Source: an uncultured Senegalimassilia sp.
Lineage (GTDB): Bacteria > Actinomycetota > Coriobacteriia > Coriobacteriales > Eggerthellaceae
Reading direction: 5' to 3'
DNA: 64,000 bases
NCBI RefSeq assembly: GCF_902464545.1
Contig: NZ_CABQJR010000011.1
Coordinates: 3,001-67,000, forward strand
The first letter of the stretch is position 1. Each line of letters starts with the position of its first letter. The notes beneath the pieces were generated by a model that had not been told where the DNA came from, did not search any database, and saw only the letters and a program-made list of their open reading frames with translations. Below, piece by piece: positions 9,649 to 18,492 of the stretch. Position numbers and translations under genes: made by a program.

Positions 9649-10782
9649 ATGATCTATCTGGACAACGCAGCCACCACCATGCACAAGCCCCAGGCCGTCA
9701 TCGATGCGGTGTGCGGGGCCATGACGTCGTTCGGCGGCCCTGGACGCGGCTCGCACCAGGCCGCGCTCGATGCGAGCATGGCGGTGTTCGGGGCGCGCAA
9801 GGCGGTTTCGGACCTGGTCGGGGCCTGGGGCGCCGGCAGCGTGTCGTTCGCCTTGAACGCCACCATGGCCCTCAACATCGCCATCGACGGCCTGTTGCCC
9901 GCAGGCGGCGTTGCCGTCACCACGGCCGCCTCGCACAACTCCGTGCTGCGCCCGCTCAACCGCGCGCGCGACGAGCGCGGATGCCAGGTGCGCGTGGCCG
10001 GCATCCTACCTGATGGCTCGCTAGATTGGGAATCCTACGAGCAGGCCCTTGCCGGTGCCAGCCTGGTCACGGTCACGCACGCCTCCAACGTCACCGGCGA
10101 CGTCTACGACATCGAGCGCATGGCGGCCGCCGCGCATAACGCAGGCGCGCTGTTCATCCTCGATGCCGCCCAGACGGCCGGCGCGTGGGCGTTCTCGGCT
10201 TCGGCCATCGGCGCAGACGTCGTGTGCTTCACGGGCCACAAAAGCCTGTATGGGCCGCAGGGCACCGGCGGGCTGTGCGTTCGCCCGGGCCTTGATATCG
10301 CCCCGCTGGTGGAAGGCGGATCGGGCGTGCACAGCTTCGATGAGCGCCATCCACGCTTCATGCCCGAGGCGCTCGAGGCCGGTACGGCAAACGCGCACGG
10401 CTTGGTGGGCCTTGCGGCAGGGTGCGCCTGGCTTGCAAAGTGCGGCGTGGCCGATGTGCAAGCGCATATCGAGGGGCTGGTGGCGCGCTTCCTGGAAAGG
10501 GTCGCCGACATCGATGGCGTGCGGGTGCTCGGCGGCGGCTCCGGTCGACGCTGCGGCATCGTCGCCGTCAACGTCGGCGATGCCGATTCCGGCGAGATCG
10601 CCGATCGGCTGGCGCAGGGGTGGGGCGTGTGCGTCCGTCCGGGCGCGCATTGCGCCCCGCTCATGCACACGGCGCTCGGCACGCAGCAGCAGGGCGTCGT
10701 GCGCTTCAGCTTCGGGGCTATGAACTCGTCGCAGGATTGCGATGCGGCTCTTGAGGCCCTGCGCGAAATCGCCTGCTCGTGA
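9649..10782 (+). CDS. class V aminotransferase-fold PLP enzyme, NifS/CsdB-like cysteine desulfurase / selenocysteine lyase
   Basis: 377 aa. Starts MIYLDNAATT; PLP-lysine context FTGHKSLYGPQG; active-site Cys context RPGAHCAP. Small NifS-like enzymes of this kind commonly sit next to selD. Confidence 0.85.
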   Translation: MIYLDNAATTMHKPQAVIDAVCGAMTSFGGPGRGSHQAALDASMAVFGARKAVSDLVGAWGAGSVSFALNATMALNIAIDGLLPAGGVAVTTAASHNSVLRPLNRARDERGCQVRVAGILPDGSLDWESYEQALAGASLVTVTHASNVTGDVYDIERMAAAAHNAGALFILDAAQTAGAWAFSASAIGADVVCFTGHKSLYGPQGTGGLCVRPGLDIAPLVEGGSGVHSFDERHPRFMPEALEAGTANAHGLVGLAAGCAWLAKCGVADVQAHIEGLVARFLERVADIDGVRVLGGGSGRRCGIVAVNVGDADSGEIADRLAQGWGVCVRPGAHCAPLMHTALGTQQQGVVRFSFGAMNSSQDCDAALEALREIACS

Positions 10783-10836
10783 CCCGTTTCGTATGCTTCC
10801 GTAACCCAACGCCATCCAGATCCCGAAAGGACCTCC

Positions 10837-12108
10837 ATGCGCATCCTCTGCATCTCCGCCCAAAAGCCCGATAGCACCGGCAGCGGCGTGTACCTGGCCG
10901 AAACGGTGGCCTCTATGGCCGCCGCCGGCCACCAGGTGGCCGTCATCGCCGGCATCGACAAGGATGACTCCCCGCAGCTTGCCAGCGGCGTCGAGTTCCT
11001 TCCGGTGCGCTTTCGCACACCTGAGCTGCCGTTTCCCGTGTGCGGCATGAGCGACGTGATGCCTTACCAGGCCACACGGTATCGCGACATGACGCCGGAG
11101 ATGGTCCAGGCGTTCCGCGCTGCGTTCGGGAAGCGCATTCGCGAGGCGGTGCTGGGCTTCCGGCCCGATGCGATCATCTGCCATCACCTGTATCTGGTGT
11201 GCTCGACGGCTTGCGATGTGCTCGATGCTTTTGCCGGTGAAAATCGGTTACCGGACGTGAATGGGGAAGTGGCGGGCCGAAAGGGGCGCCCGTGCCCGAT
11301 CTGGGCGGTTTGCCACTCCACCGACCTTCGCCAGCTACGCAACCACAGCCTGGAGAAGGAGCGCATCACCGACGCCGTCCGCTCGCTCGATGGGGTCATG
11401 GCGCTGCACGAGGCGCAGAAGGCCGAGATCGCCGAGCTGTTCGGGCTGCCCGCCGAACGCATCCGCGTCGTGGGGACCGGCTACAACTCCCAAGAGTTCG
11501 CTCCTCGCGCCGGTTTGCGCCCATCCCGTCCGTTGCGCGTGCTGTACGTGGGCAAGCTCTGTCGCGCAAAGGGCGTGGAAAGCCTTGTTCGCGCCATGGA
11601 CCTGCTGCCCTTCGACCCGCAAGACGTCGAGCTGCGCCTGGTCGGCGGCTATAGCGACCAGGCGCAGTACGACCGAATCGTCGAGCTGGCCGGCCGTTGC
11701 CGGTTCCCGGTGGCGTTTCGCGGCCGCGTCTCGCAGGATGACCTGGTGCTTTCGTATAACGCAAGCCATGTGTTCGTGTTGCCCTCGTTTTTCGAGGGGC
11801 TGCCGCTCGTCACGGTGGAGGCGCTTGCAAGCGGCTGCCGGGCGGTCGTCACAAGCCTTCCCGGCGTCAAGCCCTGGCTTGACGCGTGCCTTCCCGATGC
11901 CCCCGTCTCGTTCGTGGAGCCGCCGCGCATCGAGGGCGTCGACGTGCCCGTGTCCGAGGATCTGCCGGCTTTCGAGCAGCGCCTTTCTGATGCGCTGCTC
12001 GAACAGCTTCAAGCGGCGGCGGAGCGACCCCTTGAGGGGACCGGGTTCGACGCCACCGCCGTGTCTTGGGATTCACTGGCCGCCCGCATGACCGAGCTGA
12101 TCGGCTAG
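10837..12108 (+). CDS. GT-B fold glycosyltransferase, family 4-like
   Basis: 423 aa. N-terminus MRILCISAQKPDSTGSGVY; E-x7-E motif FFEGLPLVTVEALASG; RBS GAAAGGA. Lies 54 nt after the aminotransferase gene. Confidence 0.8.
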   Translation: MRILCISAQKPDSTGSGVYLAETVASMAAAGHQVAVIAGIDKDDSPQLASGVEFLPVRFRTPELPFPVCGMSDVMPYQATRYRDMTPEMVQAFRAAFGKRIREAVLGFRPDAIICHHLYLVCSTACDVLDAFAGENRLPDVNGEVAGRKGRPCPIWAVCHSTDLRQLRNHSLEKERITDAVRSLDGVMALHEAQKAEIAELFGLPAERIRVVGTGYNSQEFAPRAGLRPSRPLRVLYVGKLCRAKGVESLVRAMDLLPFDPQDVELRLVGGYSDQAQYDRIVELAGRCRFPVAFRGRVSQDDLVLSYNASHVFVLPSFFEGLPLVTVEALASGCRAVVTSLPGVKPWLDACLPDAPVSFVEPPRIEGVDVPVSEDLPAFEQRLSDALLEQLQAAAERPLEGTGFDATAVSWDSLAARMTELIG

Positions 12109-12149
12109 AATCTGCGCGAATCGCATCGGCGGGCGGGGAATGTGGAACC

Positions 12150-12233
12150 TGAACAGGGGACGGAGGTGTGTTCGCGCTGCGTTGCCAAAGGTGCGGAGAT
12201 TGGCTACGTGAACGCACCTCCGTCCCCTGTTCA
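12150..12233. repeat. long inverted repeat / RNA hairpin (27-bp stem, 30-nt loop)
   Basis: 12150-12176 (TGAACAGGGGACGGAGGTGTGTTCGCG) pairs with 12207-12233 (CGTGAACGCACCTCCGTCCCCTGTTCA), with two G-U pairs. Lies in the 3' region of the glycosyltransferase gene. Confidence 0.6.
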
Positions 12234-12280
12234 CCGTCCAAGGCTTCAACGTGGTCGTCAAGTTTCATGACGAGTAAAGC

Positions 12281-12308
12281 AAAGCCCCGCCGAAGCGGGG
12301 CTTTTTGC
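12281..12308 (+). terminator. rho-independent terminator
   Basis: AAAGCCCCGC-cgaa-GCGGGGCTTT followed by TTGCTG. Confidence 0.7.
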
Positions 12309-12514
12309 TGTCCATGCACGGGACATTTCGCTCGACTACCTTATCCCAGCTGTATCCCAAGTGCCGAGTTTTCACGGATTATGTGGGAGCTACGGGCGTT
12401 ACGAGTGCATAAAATGCCTGTTCTAAGCGTTGTGGGCGTTACAAGACGCTATTTCATTTAGTTTTTCGATATTCGGGGTTGTCAAACCGCGCCGGTCCGC
12501 ATAAACTGCGAACA

Positions 12515-12553
12515 GTTCCTTTAAATGCGGTACAGAGAGACCGACAAGGTAAC
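12515..12553 (+). promoter_or_regulatory. PyrR-binding RNA motif (pyr leader anti-antiterminator)
   Basis: GTTCCTTTAAATGCGGTACAGAGAGACCGACAAGGTAAC: outer stem TTCCTT/AAGGTAA and inner CGGT-ACAGAGAG-ACCG. This resembles the UCCUUUAA...CAGAGAGGC PyrR-binding loop as I recall it. Upstream of pyrR. Confidence 0.7.
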
Positions 12554-12593
12554 ACCCGAATCGCTCACATTCACAAGAGCGGATCTGAGATGA

Positions 12594-13313
<720 letters not shown>

Positions 13314-13316
13314 GGA

Positions 13317-14261
13317 ATGGCTTTCAACCATAAGCATCTTATCGACATCACGGAGTATTCCGCCGATGACATCATGGCCATCCTGGAAACGGCCGTGAAG
13401 TTCAAGGAGGTCAACGAGCGCCGCATCAAGCAGGTGCCCACGCTCAAGGGCTTCACCGTGGTCAACATGTTCAACGAGCCGTCCACCCGCACGCGCTCGA
13501 GCTTCGAGATGGCCGAGAAGCGCCTGTCCGCTGCAAGTCTGAACTTCGGCGGCAGCTCCACCTCCTCGGTCAAGGGCGAGAGCCTGGTGGACACGGTGGA
13601 AACGCTGTGCTCCTACAAGATCGACATGATCGTCGTGCGCGACAAGCACGCCGGCGTGCCGCGCAAGATCGCCGACGTGTCCGGCGTCCACGTCATCGAC
13701 GCAGGCGACGGCAAGCATCAGCATCCCACGCAGGCGTTGCTCGACCTGTACACCATCTGGCAGACCAAGGGCCGTCTCGACGGCTTGAAGGTCGGCGTCG
13801 TCGGCGACATCGGGCACTCCCGCGTGTGCGGCAGCCTCATCCCGGCCCTGAAGATCATGGGCTGCGAGGTCACCGCCATCGCTCCGCCCACGCTGCTGCC
13901 CGCACGCCCCGAGGTGCTCGGCGTCGATCACATCTCGCACAACATCGACGAGGTGCTCCCCGAACTTGACGTCGTGTACATGCTGCGCATCCAGCGCGAG
14001 CGCCTCGAGGGCGCGCCGTACCCCAGCCTGCGCGAGTACAACATGCTCTACGGCCTCACCGAGAAGCGCAACAAGCTCATGCGCCCCGACTGCATTGTGT
14101 GCCATCCCGGCCCCATCAACCGTGGCGTCGAGCTGGATTCCTTTATGGCCGACCACCCGGAGCGTTCGGTCATCCTTGACCAGGTCTATGCCGGCATCCT
14201 GACCCGCATGGCCGCCCTGTACCTGCTGCTTGGAGGGAGCGAAGATGGCATTACTGCTTAA
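13317..14261 (+). CDS. pyrB: aspartate carbamoyltransferase catalytic subunit
   Basis: 314 aa. Motifs STRTR and HQHPTQALLD. Confidence 0.95.
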   Translation: MAFNHKHLIDITEYSADDIMAILETAVKFKEVNERRIKQVPTLKGFTVVNMFNEPSTRTRSSFEMAEKRLSAASLNFGGSSTSSVKGESLVDTVETLCSYKIDMIVVRDKHAGVPRKIADVSGVHVIDAGDGKHQHPTQALLDLYTIWQTKGRLDGLKVGVVGDIGHSRVCGSLIPALKIMGCEVTAIAPPTLLPARPEVLGVDHISHNIDEVLPELDVVYMLRIQRERLEGAPYPSLREYNMLYGLTEKRNKLMRPDCIVCHPGPINRGVELDSFMADHPERSVILDQVYAGILTRMAALYLLLGGSEDGITA

Positions 14262-15537
14262 GAACGCGCATGTGATCGACCCGCAGGTCGGTCTGAACGA
14301 AACCGCCGACATCCTCATCCGCGACGGTAAGATCGTCGAGATCGGCCAGGGCATTTCCCTGGAGAAGGGCGTTGAGCGCGACTTGGCCGGCAAGATCGTC
14401 GTCCCGGGCCTGGTTGACATGCATGTGCATCTGCGCGAGCCGGGTTTCGAGCAGAAGGAAGACATCGCCAGCGGCACCCGCGCCGCAGCCCATGGCGGCT
14501 TCACGGCGGTTTGCGCCATGCCCAACACCAACCCGGTCGTCGACAACGCCGTCGCCGTCGAGTATGTGAAATCCATCGCCCTTCAGGCCGGTAAATGCCG
14601 CGTGCACGTGTCGGGTTCCTGCTCGCAGGGCCTGAAGGGCGAGACGCTCTCCGAGATGGGCGACATGGCCGCACACGGCGCCGTCGCGTTCACCGATGAC
14701 GGCCGTGGCATCCAGGCTGCCGGCATGATGCGCCGCGTCATGGATTACGCCAGCCAGTTCGGTCGCGTGGTCATGAGCCACTGCCAGGACGAGGATCTGG
14801 TCGGCGACGGCCAGGTCAACGAGGGCGTCGCCTCCACGCGCCTTGGTCTTCTGGGTTGGCCGGCGGAAGGCGAGGAACTGCAGATCGCTCGCGACATCGC
14901 CCTGTGTCGCCTGACCGGCTGCAAGCTGCACATCCAGCACATCTCCACCGCGCGCGGCCTTGATATGGTGCGCGCCGCCAAGGCCGAGGGCCTGCCGGTT
15001 ACCTGCGAGGTCACCCCGCATCACCTGTTCCTCACTGAGGACAACATCGGCGACGATTACTCCACGGCCCTCAAGGTCAACCCGCCGCTGCGCACGGCTG
15101 CCGATGCCGAGGCCCTTATCGCCGGTGTGATCGACGGCACCGTCGACGCCATCGTCACCGACCATGCCCCGCACACCGCATGGGAGAAGGACCGCGAGTT
15201 CGAGCTGGCGCCGTTCGGCATGATCGGCCTGGAGACCAGCCTGGGCCTGGTCATCACCAACCTGGTCGCCACCGGCAAGATCTCCTGGGAGCGCATGACC
15301 GAGCTCATGGGAGCCAACCAGCGCACTATTCTGGGTGTGGAGCGCGTGGCCCTCGAGGCCGGCAGCACCGCTGACCTGACGGTCATCGATCCTGAGGCCG
15401 CCTGGACCGTCGATGCCGCTGATTTCTGCAGCAAGGCGAAGAACTCCGGCTTCATCGGTGCCCAGCTCACCGGCCGTGCAACCGACGTGTACGTCGGCGG
15501 CTACGCTACCATGGAAGACGGCAAGATCGTCGAATAG
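14245..15537 (+). CDS. pyrC: dihydroorotase
   Basis: Frame of ORF 14230-15537, ATG 14245 behind GGAGGGA (MALLLKNAHVIDP...). Metal-binding DMHVHLREPG. Overlaps the pyrB end by 17 nt. Confidence 0.93.
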   Translation: MALLLKNAHVIDPQVGLNETADILIRDGKIVEIGQGISLEKGVERDLAGKIVVPGLVDMHVHLREPGFEQKEDIASGTRAAAHGGFTAVCAMPNTNPVVDNAVAVEYVKSIALQAGKCRVHVSGSCSQGLKGETLSEMGDMAAHGAVAFTDDGRGIQAAGMMRRVMDYASQFGRVVMSHCQDEDLVGDGQVNEGVASTRLGLLGWPAEGEELQIARDIALCRLTGCKLHIQHISTARGLDMVRAAKAEGLPVTCEVTPHHLFLTEDNIGDDYSTALKVNPPLRTAADAEALIAGVIDGTVDAIVTDHAPHTAWEKDREFELAPFGMIGLETSLGLVITNLVATGKISWERMTELMGANQRTILGVERVALEAGSTADLTVIDPEAAWTVDAADFCSKAKNSGFIGAQLTGRATDVYVGGYATMEDGKIVE

Positions 15538-15566
15538 CGACGAGCTTTACCAGCGCATATAACGAA

Positions 15567-15602
15567 GGGATGCCTCGGATTCGATCCGGGGCATCCCTTT
15601 TT
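15567..15602. terminator. terminator between convergent pyrC and MFS genes
   Basis: GGGATGCC...GGCATCCC stem followed by TTTTT. Confidence 0.6.
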
Positions 15603-15649
15603 GCATTCGCGGTGGTCAATTTGTCTTTGGCGGGTGCCGTGTATTCGCG

Positions 15650-16837
15650 CTACTTGCGCAGCGCCTTCGTTGCGAAACCGGGGATCATGAACACCATCGA
15701 GATGGCGAAACCGACCATAAGAACGGTGCTCAAAGCCAAGGTGTTGGCGATGGTGCTCATGGCGATGCTCACTACCGTGGAGCCCACATAGCCGGTGAAG
15801 TTGATGAGCGATACCACGCTGGCGCTGTCGGCGGGGTCGCTGTAGCTGATGAGCATATGCATGCTGGCGGACAGGAGGATGCCGGTGGAAACGCTGAACA
15901 CGCCGTCGGCGATCAGGAACGGCACCGTCATGCCCTTCGTGAGCGTAACCCACAAGATCGCGTAGCTGACGCACAGCAGCGCCGTGCCGCCGTATACGGC
16001 GAATCGCGTGGTGGTGCGGGCGGACATGGGGCCGCCCAACGCGCTCGGTGCCATGGCCAGCGCGAACATGAGCGCGGGGATTAACGGGTCGGTCGATTTG
16101 AAGTACGCCACAGCGGCAGGGGTTGACAGCGATTGGAAAAACACGCCGGTGCCCCAAGCCGCGATATAGCATCCTGCGGCAAGCGGGAATACCGGGCGAA
16201 GGTTCTTCGGGATATGCACGAGCGGTTTGATGGCCTTGCGGATGGTGATCCGCTGCGTGACCGTTTCCTGCGCAAGCGGAAGAAGGACGGCATTGAGCAT
16301 CATCAGCACGATGAGCACGGCGAACATGGGGATATAGTTGCGCGAGAACGTGGCGTAGATACCGATGCCCAAAGACCCGATCATCATGCCGATCAAGCAG
16401 CCGGTGCTGGCGATGGTGGTGCCGAAGGTGCGATAGCGCTGCGAGGTGCAATCAAGCATGAAAGCCGAGGTCGCGCTCATGGTGAGGCCGCACGAAACGC
16501 CTTGCACCATACGGGCGATCTGCAAGGCGGCTCCGTTTGGCAGCCAGATATACAGCGCGCAGGCTAGCGAGCCGAACAGCAGGGCGGCGGCCACGAGCGG
16601 CCTGCGACCGAGCGCGTCCGAGAGCGAACCTCCTACGAACAACGTGGTCAGAACGCCGGTGAGATAGGAAACCATGGTCAGCGAGATGTCGGCATCGGTC
16701 AGCCCCAGGGCTACCTTGTACTCGGCGTACAACGGCACGGGCACCGCCACCGCGGCGAAGGTCAGCAGCATGGCGCACGCCGCGATGATGGCGCTTCTCA
16801 GGTCTTTCGCATTCGATGCGTGGCAGTTTTCGGTCAT
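15650..16837 (-). CDS. MFS transporter (paralog 1)
   Basis: 395 aa, about 12 predicted TM helices, with GRRP-type loop LSDALGRRP. Collinear with the neighbouring paralog. Confidence 0.85.
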   Translation of the reverse strand: MTENCHASNAKDLRSAIIAACAMLLTFAAVAVPVPLYAEYKVALGLTDADISLTMVSYLTGVLTTLFVGGSLSDALGRRPLVAAALLFGSLACALYIWLPNGAALQIARMVQGVSCGLTMSATSAFMLDCTSQRYRTFGTTIASTGCLIGMMIGSLGIGIYATFSRNYIPMFAVLIVLMMLNAVLLPLAQETVTQRITIRKAIKPLVHIPKNLRPVFPLAAGCYIAAWGTGVFFQSLSTPAAVAYFKSTDPLIPALMFALAMAPSALGGPMSARTTTRFAVYGGTALLCVSYAILWVTLTKGMTVPFLIADGVFSVSTGILLSASMHMLISYSDPADSASVVSLINFTGYVGSTVVSIAMSTIANTLALSTVLMVGFAISMVFMIPGFATKALRK

Positions 16838-16928
16838 GTCCCCTCCTCGTCATTGCAAGCTCGTCGCGTTGCATCGGGGTAGCGTCAAGGCGCGTGCGCC
16901 CCGGAAACGACGTGCTGTTCGCTAACTG

Positions 16929-18125
16929 TTATCGTTGATGTTTAGCCATCGATATGCATCCCGGTACGATCGAGATGGCGGCGAGAAGCGCGATGAAGGC
17001 GTACACCGTTGCCAGGTCGAATGTGGCGGTGAGCCCTGTTTGAATGGTCGACACCACGGTCGACCCTACGTAACCGGTCAGGTTGGCAAGCGTTACCACG
17101 CTGGCGTTTTCCTGCGGGGTGGATGCGCTGATGAGCATATGCAGACTCGAGGATAGGATCATGCCCGTGGTGACTGCGAACACCACCTCGAGCACCAGAT
17201 AGGGGACCAAAAGCCCCAAAACCATGCACACCCCTAGTGCGATGATCGTGTCGAACATGATGATGTAGCCGACGATCATAGAAGATCGCGTTCCCATGCG
17301 CGCCGAAACAGGCCCTCCTAGCGCACTCGGTGCCATGGCCAAAGCCAGCACCAAAGACGGGATGAGCGGATCGGTTGCCCCGAAGTAGTCCACCGATGCC
17401 GGCGTGGAAAGCGATTGGAAGAAGAAGCCGACCGACCAGGTGGAGATATAGCCGCCGGCCACGATAGGGAGCAGCTTTCGAAGATGGGGCGGCACGTGCA
17501 CCATCGGCTTCACGGCTTTTTTCCAGGTGATGCGGTTGTGCACCGTTTCAGGCGTGAAGGGAAGGGCGAGCATCGTTGCGAGCATGATTACGGCCATCAC
17601 GGCGAATACCTGCCAATAGGCGGTGGAAACGGTGGCGAAAAACCCGATGCCTAGCGATCCCACGGTAAGCCCGATCAGATACCCTGTGCTTGCGATGGTC
17701 ATACCGAACGTGCGATGGCGCTCCGAGGTGCAGTCGATTACGAACGCAGAGGTGGCGCTCATGGAGAGTGCACAGGAAACGCCCTGCACGAAACGGGCGA
17801 ATTGCAGCATAGGGCCGCTTGACAGACCGATGAACAGCAGGCAGCCGGCAACGCCGCAGGCAAGCGCGGCGCCCACTGTGGGCCTGCGCCCGGATGCGTC
17901 CGACAGCGATCCGGCGAAGAACAGGACGGAAAGCACGCCGAACAGGTACATGACGATGGTCATGGAAACGTCGGAGGCGGAAAGACCCAGCTGTTGCTGC
18001 CACGTGGCGTAAAGCGGGATGGGCGCGGAGGCTGCCGCGAACACCGTTACCAAAGCCACCGTTCCCACGATGGCGCCGCGCATCGCACCTGGAGGTTGGC
18101 TTGTCGCCTGTTCATCGATTCCCAT
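16929..18125 (-). CDS. MFS transporter (paralog 2)
   Basis: 398 aa. Shares long near-identical runs with paralog 1, e.g. ARFVQGVSCALSMSATSAFVIDCTSERHRTFGMTIASTG versus ARMVQGVSCGLTMSATSAFMLDCTSQRYRTFGTTIASTG. Confidence 0.85.
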   Translation of the reverse strand: MGIDEQATSQPPGAMRGAIVGTVALVTVFAAASAPIPLYATWQQQLGLSASDVSMTIVMYLFGVLSVLFFAGSLSDASGRRPTVGAALACGVAGCLLFIGLSSGPMLQFARFVQGVSCALSMSATSAFVIDCTSERHRTFGMTIASTGYLIGLTVGSLGIGFFATVSTAYWQVFAVMAVIMLATMLALPFTPETVHNRITWKKAVKPMVHVPPHLRKLLPIVAGGYISTWSVGFFFQSLSTPASVDYFGATDPLIPSLVLALAMAPSALGGPVSARMGTRSSMIVGYIIMFDTIIALGVCMVLGLLVPYLVLEVVFAVTTGMILSSSLHMLISASTPQENASVVTLANLTGYVGSTVVSTIQTGLTATFDLATVYAFIALLAAISIVPGCISMAKHQR

Positions 18126-18350
18126 CGGTTTCCCCTTCCCGATTCCGGAATATTTCCCCGTATAGCAGACATCCTACTACGTATGGGAGGTTCCCCTCAA
18201 TGGGAAAGCGGGCCGAAATCCGCGTCCCACCAGGGGTTTATGTGCGCCTGCACAAAATCGGCAGCCGATTTCAATGCATATTACGTTAACAACAGGTAAT
18301 AAAACTGCATAACACAAAGTAAAACAGCTATTCAGTTGTATACTCCTCCA

Positions 18351-18387
18351 AGTCCTTTAAGGGCGGTACGGAGAGACCGAAAAGGAA
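18351..18387 (+). promoter_or_regulatory. second PyrR-binding RNA motif (carA leader)
   Basis: AGTCCTTTAAGGGCGGTACGGAGAGACCGAAAAGGA: outer stem TCCTTT/AAAGGA and inner CGGT-ACGGAGAG-ACCG. Near-duplicate of the motif at 12515. Confidence 0.65.
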
Positions 18388-18492
18388 TATGGCGGGCGAT
18401 GGCCGGCTTTGATTGCATAGTGTTCGGCCCACGAGGTCGGGATTCGGCCTTACGGAGTCGGTGCGCGCTTGCCATCACGAAAGGAGTTGCAT

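Noticed and set aside
12394-12445. Direct repeat GGGCGTTAC(G/A)AG (12394 and 12435) in the pyr promoter region
   Set aside because: Only about 12 nt long, with two copies and no palindromic structure. It is too weak to call an operator without comparative data.
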